DNA from: Nemertoderma westbladi
Taxonomy: Eukaryota > Animalia > Xenacoelomorpha
Assembly (NCBI GenBank): GCA_032718475.1
Contig: JAUCBJ010008744.1
Location: 62,001-126,000, forward strand
DNA length: 64,000 bases
Reading direction: 5' to 3'
Shown here: one piece after another, positions 34,056-46,600 of the stretch
How positions within the stretch are numbered: position 1 is the stretch's first letter
How the letters are laid out: each line of letters starts with the position of its first letter
Notes under the pieces: model-generated
What the model was told of the DNA's origin: nothing
The model's database searches: none
The model's input: the letters and a program-made list of their open reading frames with translations, nothing else
Program-made: the position numbers and the translations under genes

Positions 34056-34688
34056 GATCAGATATTTCTTGATGAGTGTTTTTTGTAAAAACACGAGGAA
34101 ACGTTCGAAATGGCGGGTTTAAGTAAGCCCGGGTAGCCAATTTTGAAATCGTGCAGTATCAGAGTAGGCCTATTGCTGTATTGTTGCTTAACTTCATTTT
34201 GAATGGATCTAAAATCACCCTCCATAGAAACCAGTATAATTATAAAAAGTGTTCGATATATCACGATAATGGTGGTTTTGAAGGGATATAGGACTACAAA
34301 GTATTACGTATATCTGTTTTTCAAAATTTTCACAGGGAATGCGGAATAGTTATCAACAAACAGAAAAGTGATTGGCACAAGTTTATCTTAATAATATCTT
34401 AATAATAACTGACACTGTGTTCTTTCCCAGTGTGAGTTATTGACCTTAGGAACTATTTATCCCTTTAATTTCCCTCACTTTTTTTATTCCTGCATAACTT
34501 CACTAAAATGTTAATCTTTCCTGGCTGGGAGGCGAAACTTACTGATAAGTTGTTGATATGCCGTTGTTTCTGTTTAGTTTTCGCAGGTCCTATTTAGTTC
34601 CCAACTTTTATGTATACAGTACTTACCTGTAAGTTAGCCTTGGTTGAAATATAACTACAGCATACCCAGCACCCAGGTAAAGAATGAT

Positions 34689-34767
34689 TGTGGGGCGAGC
34701 CACGAAGTTGGCGGAGCCTTAGCGAATTGACACTGTTAGGGGGTGGGTCAATTTATGCAAATAGTTG

Positions 34768-34799
<32 letters not shown>

Positions 34800-35986
34800 G
34801 TCGTCGTCGTCGTCGTTACGATTTTGACATGCTAATAACTTTGTCGGATTTAAAGCTGCCAAGTTGAAAATTTGTAGGTATCAATATGAGCAAAAGTTGA
34901 GATTTTTGAGAGACTTTCAGACACCATCAGTGCAATGGTCTCCCGCTAGAGGGCCACATGTCTAAACATTAAATGCCCTCCCATTTCTTTGCTTTTAATC
35001 CGTTTAAGCTGAAACTTGGCAGATATGTATTAGACCATTAGCTGTGACTTTCAAAGGAGGCGAATCCATCTGCAGTTCTCCAGTCTGCCGCTAGAGGGCC
35101 AAAGGTCTGAAAGTGAAATCGTTGTCGTCGTTACGATTTTGACATGCTAATAACTTTGTCGGATTTAAAGCTGCCAAGTTGAAAATTTCTAGGTATCAAT
35201 ATGAGCTAAAGTTGAGATTTTTGAGAGACTTTCAGACACCATCAGTGCAATGGTCTCCCGCTAGAGGGCCACATGTCTAAACATTAAATGCCCTCCCATT
35301 TCTTTGCTTTTAATCCGTTTAAGCTGAAACTTGGCAGATATGTATTAGACCATTAGCTGTGACTTTCAAAGGAGGCGAATCCATCTGCAGTTCTCCAGTC
35401 TGCCGCTAGAGGGCCAAATGTCTGAAAGTGAAATCGTTGTCGTCGTTATGATATTGACATGCTTATAACTTTGTCGAATTTAAAGCTGCCAAGTTGAAAA
35501 TTTGTTTTGTTGAAAATCAGTTCAACAGTCACCCGCTATAGGACTACTTTATGCCTGAAAGTGAATAGATTCTCCCGTCTCATTGATTTTAATCAGTTTA
35601 AGCTGAATCTTGCCATATATTCTGGACCACATGCTGCGTCTTTGTGGGGGGGGGGGGGGGGGGGAGATTTAATCGGTCTGCCGCTATACGACGAAATTTC
35701 TGAAAGTGAGATCCGTCTCTCATTTCGTTATCCGTTATTCAAGATGAAACTTGGCCGATGTACGTATGTACTATTCATCCATAGGCTGTGTCTTTGTGGG
35801 GCTGGAGACCCTAATCCATCTTCAGTTCTCACTATACCGCTAGAGTCAGAAATGTCTGAATAGAAATGAAAGAGGTAAAAAGTGATTAGGCGAAATCTGC
35901 TTAAAATTTGCTAATACAGTAATACTTTCGAATTAGTACTTAAATTAAATTTAAGTCACGTGCTGCGCGAAGGCCCCACTTCGTGT
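34689..35986 (+). mobile_element. Non-autonomous Helentron/HINE(DINE-1)-like element, copy 1
   Basis: Conserved left end TGTGGGGCGAGCCACGAAGT, (GTC)n microsatellite, 315-bp central tandem units (34815, 35130, 35445), and right end GCGAAGGCCCCACTTCGTGT with the subterminal inverted CACGAAGT/ACTTCGTG. The family assignment rests on architecture only. Confidence 0.7.
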
Positions 35987-36330
35987 TTATTTATTATACA
36001 GTTCGTTTTTTTCCCAATTTCGACTAGGCGAATTCTTCGTTGGTGCCTAAGTGTGCACACTACACCTAAAGCCCTGTCAAATTTGAAGTTTAAAAACCAA
36101 CAGAGTAAAATTAATTTCATAATTGTAATTTTGTTATTAATTTGTAACATATTTTAGAATATCGATGAAGTTACTGTCATAAGTGATGTATAAGAAGATT
36201 CATCGTTCGTTATCCCCATGTGCTGATTTGCAATATTATATAAAATCCTTTTATTAATTATTTTATAATTATTTTGTTATTTAGGTATTTAATTAAATGT
36301 AGTCAACGTCGTTTTCAGCTACTCAGTTCA

Positions 36331-36424
36331 TGTGGGGCGAGCCACGAAGTTGGCGGAGCCTTAGCGAATTGACACTGTTAGGGGGTGGGTCAATTTATGC
36401 AAATAGTTGTCGTCGTCGTCGTTG

Positions 36425-36456
<32 letters not shown>

Positions 36457-37297
36457 GTCGTCGTCGTCGTCGTTACGATTTTGACATGCTAATAACTTTG
36501 TCGGATTTAAAGCTGCCAAGTTGAAAATTTGTAGGTTTCAATACGAGCAAAAGTTGAGATTTTTGAGAGACTTTCAGACACCATCAGTGCAATGGTCTCC
36601 CGCTAGAGGGCCACATGTCTAAACATTAAATGCCCTCCCATTTCTTTGCTTTTAATCCGTTTAAGCTGAAACTTGGCAGATATGTATTAGACCATTAGCT
36701 GTGACTTTCAAAGGAGGCGAATCCATCTGCAGTTCTCCAGTCTGCCGCTAGAGGGCCAAAGGTCTGAAAGTGAAATCGTTGTCGTCGTTACGATTTTGAC
36801 ATGCTAATAACTTTGTCGGATTTAAAGCTGCCAAGTTGAAAATTTGTAGGTATCAATATGAGCTAAAGTTGAGACGTTTGAGAGACTTTCAGACACCATC
36901 AGAGCAATAGTCTCCTGCTAGAGGGCCACATGTCTAAACGTTAAATGTCCTCCCATTTCTTTGCTTTTAATCCATTTATGCTGAAATTTGGCAGATATGT
37001 ACTAGACCATTAGCTGTGACTTTGAAAGAAGGAATTGAATTGAATTGAATTGAAGGCTAATCCGTGTGCAGTTCTTCAGTCTGCTGCTAGAGGGCGAAAT
37101 GTTTGAAAGTGAAATCTTTCTCCCATCTCGTTATTTATGATCCGTTCAAGCTGAAACGTAGCAGATATGTAGTAGAAGTCGGCCTGAGTCTTTGGTGGGC
37201 AGTAAACGGTCTGGAGTCCTCCAGTCTGCCGCTAGAGGGCGAAATGTATAACTAAGTATAATTAAGTCACGTGCTGCGCGAAGGCCCCACTTCGTGT
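36331..37297 (+). mobile_element. Same element, copy 2 (different central-repeat content)
   Basis: Both termini and the first 315-bp unit are nearly identical to copy 1. It is inserted in the first unit of the 28-bp satellite. Confidence 0.75.
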
Positions 37298-38575
37298 AAC
37301 ATAGAGATTCAGCTATTGTTCATGTAACAGAGATTCAGCTATTGTTTATGGAACATAGATTCAGCTATTGTTCATGTAACATAGAGATTCAGCTATTGTT
37401 CATGTAACATAGAGATTCAGCTATTGTTCATGTAACATAGAGATTCAGCTATTGTTCATGTAACATAGAGATTCAGCTATTGTTCATGTAACATAGAGAT
37501 TCAGCTATTGTTCATGTACCATTGAGATTCAGCTATTGTTCATGTAACATAGAGATTCAGCTACAGTTCATGTAACATAGAGATTCAGCTACAGTTCATG
37601 TAACATAGGGATTCAGCTATTGTTCATGTAACATAGAGATTCAGCTATTGTTCATGGAACATAGATTCAGCTATTGTTCATGTAACATAGAGATTCAGCT
37701 ACTGTTCATGCAACATAGAGATTCAGCTACAGTTCATGTAACATAGAGATTCAGCTATTGTTCATGTAACATAGAGATTCAGCTACTGTTCATGTAACAT
37801 AGAGATTCAGCTACAGTTCATGTAACATAGAGATTCAGCTATTGTTCATGTAACATAGAGATTCAGCTATTGTTCATGGAACATAGATTCAGCTATTGTT
37901 CATGTAACATAGAGATTCAGCTATTGTTCATGTAACATAGAGATTCAGCTACAGTTCATGTAACATAGAGATTCAGCTATTGTTCATGGAACATAGAGAT
38001 TCAGCTACTGTTCATGTAACATAGAGATTCAGCTATTGTTCATGTAACATAGAGATTCAGCTATTGTTCATGTAACATATAGAGATTCAGCTATTGTTCA
38101 TGTAACATAGAGATTCAGCTATTTTTCATGTAACATAGAGATTCAGCTATTGTTCATGTAACATAGAGATTCAGCTATTGTTCATGTAACATAGAGATTC
38201 AGCTATTGTTCATGGAACATAGATTCAGCTATTGTTCATGGAACATAGAGATTCAGCTACTGTTCATGTAACATAGAGATTCAGCTATTGTTCATGGAAC
38301 ATAGAGATTCAGCTACTGTTCATGTAACATAGAGATTCAGCTACAGTTCATGTAACATAGAGATTCAGCTATTGTTCATGTAACATAGAGATTCAGCTAT
38401 TGTTCATGTAACATAGAGATTCAGCTATTGTTCATGGAACATAGAGATTCAGCTACAGTTCATGTAACATAGAGATTCAGCTATTGTTCATGTAACATAG
38501 AGATTCAGCTATTGTTCATGTAACATAGAGATTCAGCTATTGTTCATGGAACATAGATTCAGCTATTGTTCATGT
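37298..38575. repeat. 28-bp minisatellite, ~45 copies (GTAACATAGAGATTCAGCTATTGTTCAT)
   Basis: Direct read. Variants: CTACAG/CTACTG, GGAAC, and 26-bp units lacking AG. Confidence 0.97.
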
Positions 38576-38589
38576 TCGTAGAACACCAA

Positions 38590-38617
38590 CTGATCACAGT
38601 ATTTTTACTATTTTCAG
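38590..38617 (+). promoter_or_regulatory. Candidate splice acceptor upstream of the TMEM145 ATG
   Basis: CTGAT (branch-like), T-rich tract, then TTTTCAG|G, ~137 bp before the ATG. Confidence 0.45.
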
Positions 38618-38754
38618 GACGAAAATAATGTGAATAATATATTTTTTTTACAATAATAATTATTCAGTAAATTATATCATGAATTCCTAAAGCGCACGGG
38701 TATAGTTTTTATTTGCCATAACTTTGTGAAGATATAATTTTTTACACTGTAAAT

Positions 38755-40320
38755 ATGCGAAAATTGGCAATGACGCAGACAGGATGTATGGGGGCGATGC
38801 TTCTATTATTTTTAATTAATTGTTCATTTACGTCGGGAAAATATATAAGGAGTTCCCTACCCGGGGATACCTTACAAACTAGATTAAACTTCGTATATCT
38901 CACGAGGTTCTGCCTCTATTCCGACATCGGGGTGCTGCGATTTAAAGTTAGATTTCCGGTTGAGTACACACCGATTCGGCTGCTCTTGTACTTCGATGAA
39001 CCGGGGCAGTGGCCCGCCGTCTACAAGACAAACACCACCTGTCAGGAGAAAGTGAACGTGCTGCGCGGACCTGCGGGGAAGAACCAAGAGGTGATATTGG
39101 ATCCCGGGGAGGCGTACAGCGGGTGCGAACTGAAGCGACACCCAGTCGACAACTCCACGGTAGTCGAGTGCGTGAGCCACCGGCAGTTCGGAACAATGCG
39201 AGAACGCTGGTGGTACATAGCGGTGTCGAAATGCGAAAGTTTTGGAAACATCCATATGGAATACAACTTTACGTTACTAAACGGTGATGGTTTCAATAAA
39301 CATATATCAGCCGATGAAACATTTATTCTAGAAACAGACATCGGGTTTTTAATATGTTTCTTCATACTTCTAATTGCAGTTGCCATGGTTGCCTACGAAT
39401 TGGCGCAACGCCAATACCTTCACTCCACCTTCGAGTTGTACATTGCTGCCGTGGTCCTTCAGGTCATATCATTGGTTCTCTACGTAGCGGCGTTCGGGTC
39501 CTACAACGCCGACGGTTTCGATAAACCGACTGTCCGAAACGTCGCTCACGGTTTTGAGATCACCAGCGATATCTTCTTCATCGTCACGGTGATGTTGTTC
39601 AGCCAAGGTTACACGGTAACCCGTGGACGTCTGTCCGCCGCTGGTGCCATCTTCCTCGCCGGTTTCCTCATGCTCTACACCCTCACCTACCTCATCTGCT
39701 TCCTCCTCGAGGTCTCCCAGCACGATTCCGGGAAAGTCCTCTACTTCTATGAGGCAGTCCCGGGTCTAATCGTTGTCGGACTTAAATTCTTATCTTGGTT
39801 AGCCATGAGCGTATCCGTGGTAACAACCTTAGTAAGATACCCCGAGAAGATTACCTTCTACGCCCCTTTCTACATCTTCTTCACTGTCTGGCTTCTCATC
39901 ACGCCGATTATCATCCTCATGGCTATCTACCACATCCCCAAACACTTCCGAGCTAAACTCGTCAACGGCGTTCTCCTTGGCTGCACCTTCTTCGCATACG
40001 CATACGTTGTTATTATCACTCGGCCTGGGGCACTCAACAAAAACTTCCCGTTCCACATCCGAACCAAACAGACGGCCCCCGCTGACGACGATGATGAAGG
40101 ACACTTTGTCCATCACGCCTACGAAGTGAACTCGGTGTTCAGCGTGGGTGTTGAACGCGACACTCACTATATGAACCTGGCGCGGTTGCCTAGCGCCCCG
40201 GTGAGGCCTTCAGCCTCTTCGGATCCCCATAGCAACGGTATAAACACCCCTACAAGTAATTCTCCCTATCCAGTGCTAGCCCTTCCATCGTCTTCTACAG
40301 ATGAATATATACATGAGTAG
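38755..40320 (+). CDS. TMEM145: Transmembrane protein 145 (GPR180/TMEM145 family, luminal domain + 7TM), 521 aa, single uninterrupted ORF
   Basis: Signal peptide, then KYIR..YLTRFC, LLLYFDEPGQWPAVYK, RERWWYIAVSKC, GYTVTRGRLS and NKNFPFHIRT, with seven hydrophobic segments. AATAAA at ~40344. Confidence 0.93.
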   Translation: MRKLAMTQTGCMGAMLLLFLINCSFTSGKYIRSSLPGDTLQTRLNFVYLTRFCLYSDIGVLRFKVRFPVEYTPIRLLLYFDEPGQWPAVYKTNTTCQEKVNVLRGPAGKNQEVILDPGEAYSGCELKRHPVDNSTVVECVSHRQFGTMRERWWYIAVSKCESFGNIHMEYNFTLLNGDGFNKHISADETFILETDIGFLICFFILLIAVAMVAYELAQRQYLHSTFELYIAAVVLQVISLVLYVAAFGSYNADGFDKPTVRNVAHGFEITSDIFFIVTVMLFSQGYTVTRGRLSAAGAIFLAGFLMLYTLTYLICFLLEVSQHDSGKVLYFYEAVPGLIVVGLKFLSWLAMSVSVVTTLVRYPEKITFYAPFYIFFTVWLLITPIIILMAIYHIPKHFRAKLVNGVLLGCTFFAYAYVVIITRPGALNKNFPFHIRTKQTAPADDDDEGHFVHHAYEVNSVFSVGVERDTHYMNLARLPSAPVRPSASSDPHSNGINTPTSNSPYPVLALPSSSTDEYIHE

Positions 40321-40698
40321 AAAAACATATTTTTATGGTGGTGAATAAACAACTCGATAAAACAAACTTTATAGTGATTGGTGCTTCTTTATATTTTTAT
40401 ATTTATATTGTACATATATTTTATTTTTTCTGACGATATGTGTATGTCTCATATAAGCGTCTATTAAATTAATTAAATTTTAATACTCGGCGAAATATAA
40501 TATTGATATATTGATAAAAGCAATATGATAAAAATATAATGCAGCTTTCTGGAGTTCTAATTGCACTGAAATTCAAATAAAAGGTTATATATTAACAAAT
40601 AAGCAGCACCTTAATGACACCAGATTCTTAAATCAACATTATAAGATGAAACAGTGATAACTGTCCACGCCTTCATCCTTCTTGGCATCTAACGTGAG

Positions 40699-43600
40699 CG
40701 AAGACGTTCCCAGTGTTTATGTGAAGACGTTCCAAGTGTCTATGTGAAGACGTTCCCAGTGTCTATGTGAAGATGTTCCAAGTGTCTATGTGAAGACGTT
40801 CCAAGTGTCTATGTGAAGACGTTCCCAGTATCTATGTGAAGTCGTTCCTAGTGTCTATGTGAAGACGTTCCAAGTGTCTATGTGAAGACGTTCCCAGTGT
40901 CTATGTGAAGATGTTCCAAGTGTCTATGTGAAGACGTTCCAAGTGTCTATGTGAAGACGTTCCCAGTGTCTATGTGAAGACGTTCCCATTGTCTAAGTGA
41001 AGACGTTCCAAGTGTCTATGTGAAGACGTTCCCAGTATCTATGTGAAGTCGTTCCTAGTGTCTATGTGAAGACGTTCCAAGTGTCTATGTGAAGACGTTC
41101 CCAGTGTCTATGTGAAGACGTTCCAAGTGTCTATGTGAAGACGTTCCCAGTGTCTATGTGAAGACGTTCCCAGTGTCTATGTGAAGACGTTCCAAGTGTC
41201 TATGTGAAGACGTTCCCAGTGTCTATGTGAAGACGTTCCCAATGTCTATGTGAAGACGTTCCAAGTGTCTATGTGAAGACGTTCCCAGTGTCTATGTGAA
41301 GACATTACCAGTGTCAATGTGAAGACGTTCCCAGTGTCTATGTGAAGACGTTCCAAGTGTCTATGTGAAGACGTTCCCAGTGTCTATGTGAAGACGTTCC
41401 CAGTGTCTAAGTGAAGACGTTCCTAGTGTCTATGTGAAGACGTTCCAAGTGTCTATGTGAAGACGTTCCCAGTGTCTATGTGAAGACGTTCCCAATGTCT
41501 ATGTGAAGACGTTCCAAGTGTCTATGTGAAGACGTTCCCAGTGTCTATGTGAAGACGTTCCAAGTGTCTATGTGAAGACGTTCCCAGGGTCTATGTGAAG
41601 ACGTTCCCAATGTCTATGTGAAGACGTTCCAAGTGTCTATGTGAAGACGTTCCCAGTGTCTATGTGAAGACGTTACCAATGTCTATGTGAAGACGTTCCA
41701 AGTGTCTATGTGAAGACGTTCCCAGTGTCTATGTGAAGACGTTACCAGTGTCTATGTGAAGACGTTCCCAGTGTCTATGTGAAGACGTTCCAAGTGTCTA
41801 TGTGAAGACGTTCCCAGTGTCTATGTGAAGACGTTCCCATTGTCAATGTGAAGACGTTCCCAGTGTCTATGTGAAGACGTTCATGGTGTCTATGTGAAGT
41901 CGTTCCCAGTGTCTATGTGAAGACGTTCATGGTGTCTATGTGAAGACGTTCCAAGTGTCTATGTGAAGATGTTCCCAGTATCTATGTGAAGACGTTCCCA
42001 GTGTCTATGTGAAGATGTTCCCAGTGTCTATGTGAAGACGTTCATGGTGTCTATGTGAAGACGTTACCAGTGTCTATGTGAAGACGTTCCAAGTGTCTAT
42101 GTGAAGACGTTCCCAGTGTCTATGTGAAGACATTACCAGTGTCAATGTGAAGACGTTCCCAGTGTCTATGTGAAGACGTTCCAAGTGTCTATGTGAAGAC
42201 GTTCCCAGTGTCTATGTGAAGACGTTCCCAGTGTCTAAGTGAAGACGTTCCTAGTGTCTATGTGAAGACGTTCCAAGTGTCTATGTGAAGACGTTCCCAG
42301 TGTCTATGTGAAGACGTTCCCAATGTCTATGTGAAGACGTTCCAAGTGTCTATGTGAAGACGTTCCCAGTGTCTATGTGAAGACGTTCCAAGTGTCTATG
42401 TGAAGACGTTCCCAGTGTCTATGTGAAGACGTTCCCAATGTCTATGTGAAGACGTTTCCAGTGTCTATGTGAAGACGTTCCCAGTGTCTATGTGAAGACG
42501 TTCCAAGTGTCTATGTGAAGACGTTCCCAGTGTCTATGTGAAGACGTTCCCAATGTCTATGTGAAGACGTTCCAAGTGTCTATGTGAAGACGTTCCCAGT
42601 GTCTATGTGAAGACGTTACCAGTGTCTATGTGAAGACGTTCCCAGTGTCTATGTGAAGACGTTCCCATTGTCAATGTGAAGACGTTCCCATTGTATATGT
42701 GAAGACGTTCCCAGTGTCTATGTGAAGACGTTCCCAGTGTCTATGTGAAGACGTTCCCAGTGTCTATGTGAAGACGTTCCCATTGTCAATGTGAAGACGT
42801 TCCCAGTGTCTATGTGAAGACGTTCATGGTGTCTATGTGAAGTCGTTCCCAGTGTCTATGTGAAGACGTTCATGGTGTCTATGTGAAGACGTTCCAAGTG
42901 TCTATGTGAAGATGTTCCCAGTATCTATGTGAAGACGTTCCCAGTGTCTATGTGAAGATGTTCCCAGTGTCTATGTGAAGACGTTCATGGTGTCTATGTG
43001 AAGACGTTACCAGTGTCTATGTGGAGACGTTCCCAGTGTCTATGTGAAGACGTTCCCATTGTCAATGTGAAGACGTTCCCAGTGTCTATGTGAAGACGTT
43101 CATGGTGTCTATGTGAAGTCGTTCCCAGTGTCTATGTGAAGACGTTCATGGTGTCTATGTGAAGACGTTCCAAGTGTCTATGTGAAGATGTTCCCAGTAT
43201 CTATGTGAAGACGTTCCCAGTGTCTATGTGAAGATGTTCCCAGTATCTATGTGAAGACGTTCCCAGTGTCTATGTGAAGACGTTCATGGTGTCTATGTGA
43301 AGACGTTACCAGTGTCTATGTGAAGACGTTCCCAGTGTCTATGTGAAGACGTTCCCATTGTCAATGTGAAGACGTTCCCAGTGTCTATGTGAAGACGTTC
43401 ATGGTGTCTATGTGTAGTCGTTCCCAGTGTCTATGTGAAGACGTTCATGGTGTCTATGTGAAGACGTTCCCAGTGTCTATGTGAAGACGTTCATGGTGTC
43501 TATGTGAAGACGTTACCAGTGTCTATGTGAAGACGTTCCCAGTGTCTATGTGAAGACGTTCCCAGTGTCTATGTGAAGACGTTCCCATTGTCAATGTGAA

Positions 43601-46600
43601 GACGTTACCATTGTCTATGTGAAGACGTTCCCATTGTCTAAGTGAAGACGTTCCCAGTGTCTATGTGAAGACGTTCCCAGTGTCTATGTGAAGACGTTCC
43701 CATTGTCAATGTGAAGACGTTCCCAGTGTCTATGTGAAGACGTTCCCAGTGTCTATGTGAAGACGTTCCCAGTGTCTATGTGAAGACGTTCCCAGTGTCT
43801 ATGTGAAGACGTTCCCAGTGTCTATATGAAGACGTTCCCAGTGTCTATGTGAAGACGTTCCCATTGTCTAAGTGAAGACGTTCCCAGTGTCTATGTGAAG
43901 ACGTTCCCAGTGTCTATGTGAAGACGTTCCCATTGTCAATGTGAAGACGTTCCCAGTGTCTATGTGAAGACGTTCCCAGTGTCTATATGAAGACGTTCCC
44001 AGTGTCTATGTGAAGACGTTCCCAGTGTCTATGTGAAGACGTTCCCAGTGTCTATGTGAAGACGTTACCAGTGTCTATGTGAAGACGTTACCAGTGTCTA
44101 TGTGAAGACGTTACCAGTGTCTATGTGAAGACGTTCCCAGTGTCTAAGTGAAGACGTTCCCAGTGTCTATGTGAAGACGTTACCAGTGTCTATGTGAAGA
44201 CGTTCCCAGTGTCTATGTGAAGACGTTCCCAGTGTCTATGTGAAGACGTTCCCAGTGTCTATGTGAAGACGTTACCAGTGTCTATGTGAAGACGTTCCCA
44301 GTGTCTAAGTGAAGACGTTCCCAGTGTCTATGTGAAGTCGTTCCCAGTGTCTATGTGAAGACGTTCCCAGTGTCTATGTGAAGACGTTACCAGTGTCTAT
44401 GTGAAGACGTTCCCAGTGTCTAAGTGAAGACGTTCCCAGTGTCTATGTGAAGTCGTTCCCAGTGTCTATGTGAAGACGTTCCCAGTGTCTATGTGAAGAC
44501 GTTCCCAGTGTATATGTGAAGACGTTCCCAGTGTCTAAGTGAAGACGTTCCCAGTGTCTATGTGAAGTCGTTCCCAGTGTCTATGTGAAGACGTTCCCAG
44601 TGTCTATGTGAAGACGTTCATGGTGTCTATGTGAAGTCGTTCCCAGTGTCTATGTGAAGACGTTCATGGTGTCTATGTGAAGACGTTTCCAGTGTCTATA
44701 TGAAGACGTTTCCAGTGTCTATGTGAAGACATTCCCAGTGTCTATGTGAAGACGTTCCCAGTGTCTATGTGAAGACATTCCCAGTGTCTATGTGAAGACG
44801 TTCCCAGTGTCTATGTGAAGACGTTCATGGTGTCTATGTGAAGACGTTCCCAGTGTCTATGTGAAGTCGTTCCTAGTGTCTATGTGAAGACATTCCCAGT
44901 GTCTATGTGAAGACGTTCCCAGTGTCTATGTGAAGACGTTCATGGTGTCTATGTGAAGTCGTTCCCAGTGTCTATGTGAAGACGTTCATGGTGTCTATGT
45001 GAAGACGTTTCCAGTGTCTATATGAAGACGTTTCCAGTGTCTATGTGAAGACATTCCCAGTGTCTATGTGAAGACGTTCCCAGTGTCTATGTGAAGACGT
45101 TCATGGTGTCTATGTGAAGTCGTTCCCAGTGTCTATGTGAAGACGTTCATGGTGTCTATGTGAAGACGTTTCCAGTGTCTATATGAAGACGTTTCCAGTG
45201 TCTATGTGAAGACATTCCCAGTGTCTATGTGAAGTCGTTCCCAGTGTCTATGTGAAGACATTCCCAGTGTCTATGTGAAGACGTTCCCAGTGTCTATGTG
45301 AAGACGTTCCCAGTGTCTATGTGAAGACGTTCATGGTGTCTATGTGAAGACGTTCCCAGTGTCTATGTGAAGTCGTTCCCAGTGTCTATGTGAAGACATT
45401 CCCAGTGTCTATGTGAAGTCGTTCCCAGTGTCTATGTGAAGACATTCCCAGTGTCTATGTGAAGACGTTCCCAGTGTCTATGTGAAGACGTTCCCAGTGT
45501 CTATGTGAAGACGTTCATGGTGTCTATGTGAAGACGTTTCCAGTGTCTATATGAAGACGTTCATGGTGTCTATGTGAAGACGTTCCCAGTGTCTATGTGA
45601 AGACGTTCCCAGTGTCTATGTGAAGACGTTCCCAGTGTCTATGTGAAGTCGGTCCCAGTGTCTATGTGAAGTCAGTCCCAGTGTCTATGTGAAGACGTTC
45701 CCAGTGTCTATGTGAAGACATTCCCAGTGTCTATGTGAAGACGTTCCCAGTGTCTATGTGAAGACGTTCCCAGTGTCTATGTGAAGACGTTACCAGTGTC
45801 TATGTGAAGACGTTCCCAGTGTCTATGTGAAGACGTTCCCAGTGTCTATGTGAAGACGTTCCCAGTGTCTATGTGAAGACGTTCCCAGTGTCTATGTGAA
45901 GACATTCCCAGTGTCTATGTGAAGACGTTACCAGTGTCTATGTGAAGACGTTCCCAGTGTCTATGTGAAGTCGTTCCAAGTGTCTATGTGAAGACATTCC
46001 CAGTGTCTATGTGAAGTCGTTCCCAGTGTCTATGTGAAGACATTCCCAGTGTCTATGTGAAGACGTTCCCAGTGTCTATGTGAAGACGTTCCCAGTGTCT
46101 ATGTGAAGACATTCCCAGTGTCTATGTGAAGACGTTCCCAGTGTCTATGTGAAGACGTTCCCAGTGTCTATGTGAAGACGTTCCCAGTGTCTATGTGAAG
46201 ACGTTCCCAGTGTCTATGTGAAGACGTTACCAGTGTCTATGTGAAGACGTTCCCAGTGTCTATGTGAAGTCGTTCCCAGTGTCTATGTGAAGACGTTCCC
46301 AGTGTCTATGTGAAGTCGTTACCAGTGTCTATGTGAAGACGTTCCCAGTGTCTATGTGAAGACGTTCCCAGTGTCTATGTGAAGTCGTTCCCAGTGTCTA
46401 TGTGAAGACGTTCCCAGTGTCTATGTGAAGTCGTTACCAGTGTCTATGTGAAGACATTCCCAGTGTCTATGTGAAGACGTTCCCAGTGTCTATGTGAAGA
46501 CGTTCCCAGTGTCTATGTGAAGTCGTTACCAGTGTCTATGTGAAGACATTCCCAGTGTCTATGTGAAGACGTTCCCAGTGTCTATGTGAAGTCGTTACCA

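Noticed and set aside
18603-35664. Poly-C/poly-G runs (18603, 29480, 30405, 35646) as a functional system
   Set aside because: Scattered homopolymers inside unrelated decayed repeats, with lengths that are unreliable in assemblies.
36330-36524. Poly-Arg protamine-like ORF
   Set aside because: It is a translation of the (GTC)n microsatellite inside a repeated element.
38884-40167. Alternative-frame and antisense ORFs in TMEM145 (likewise those over the LDLa gene and the LINEs)
   Set aside because: Shadow ORFs of GC-richer coding DNA.
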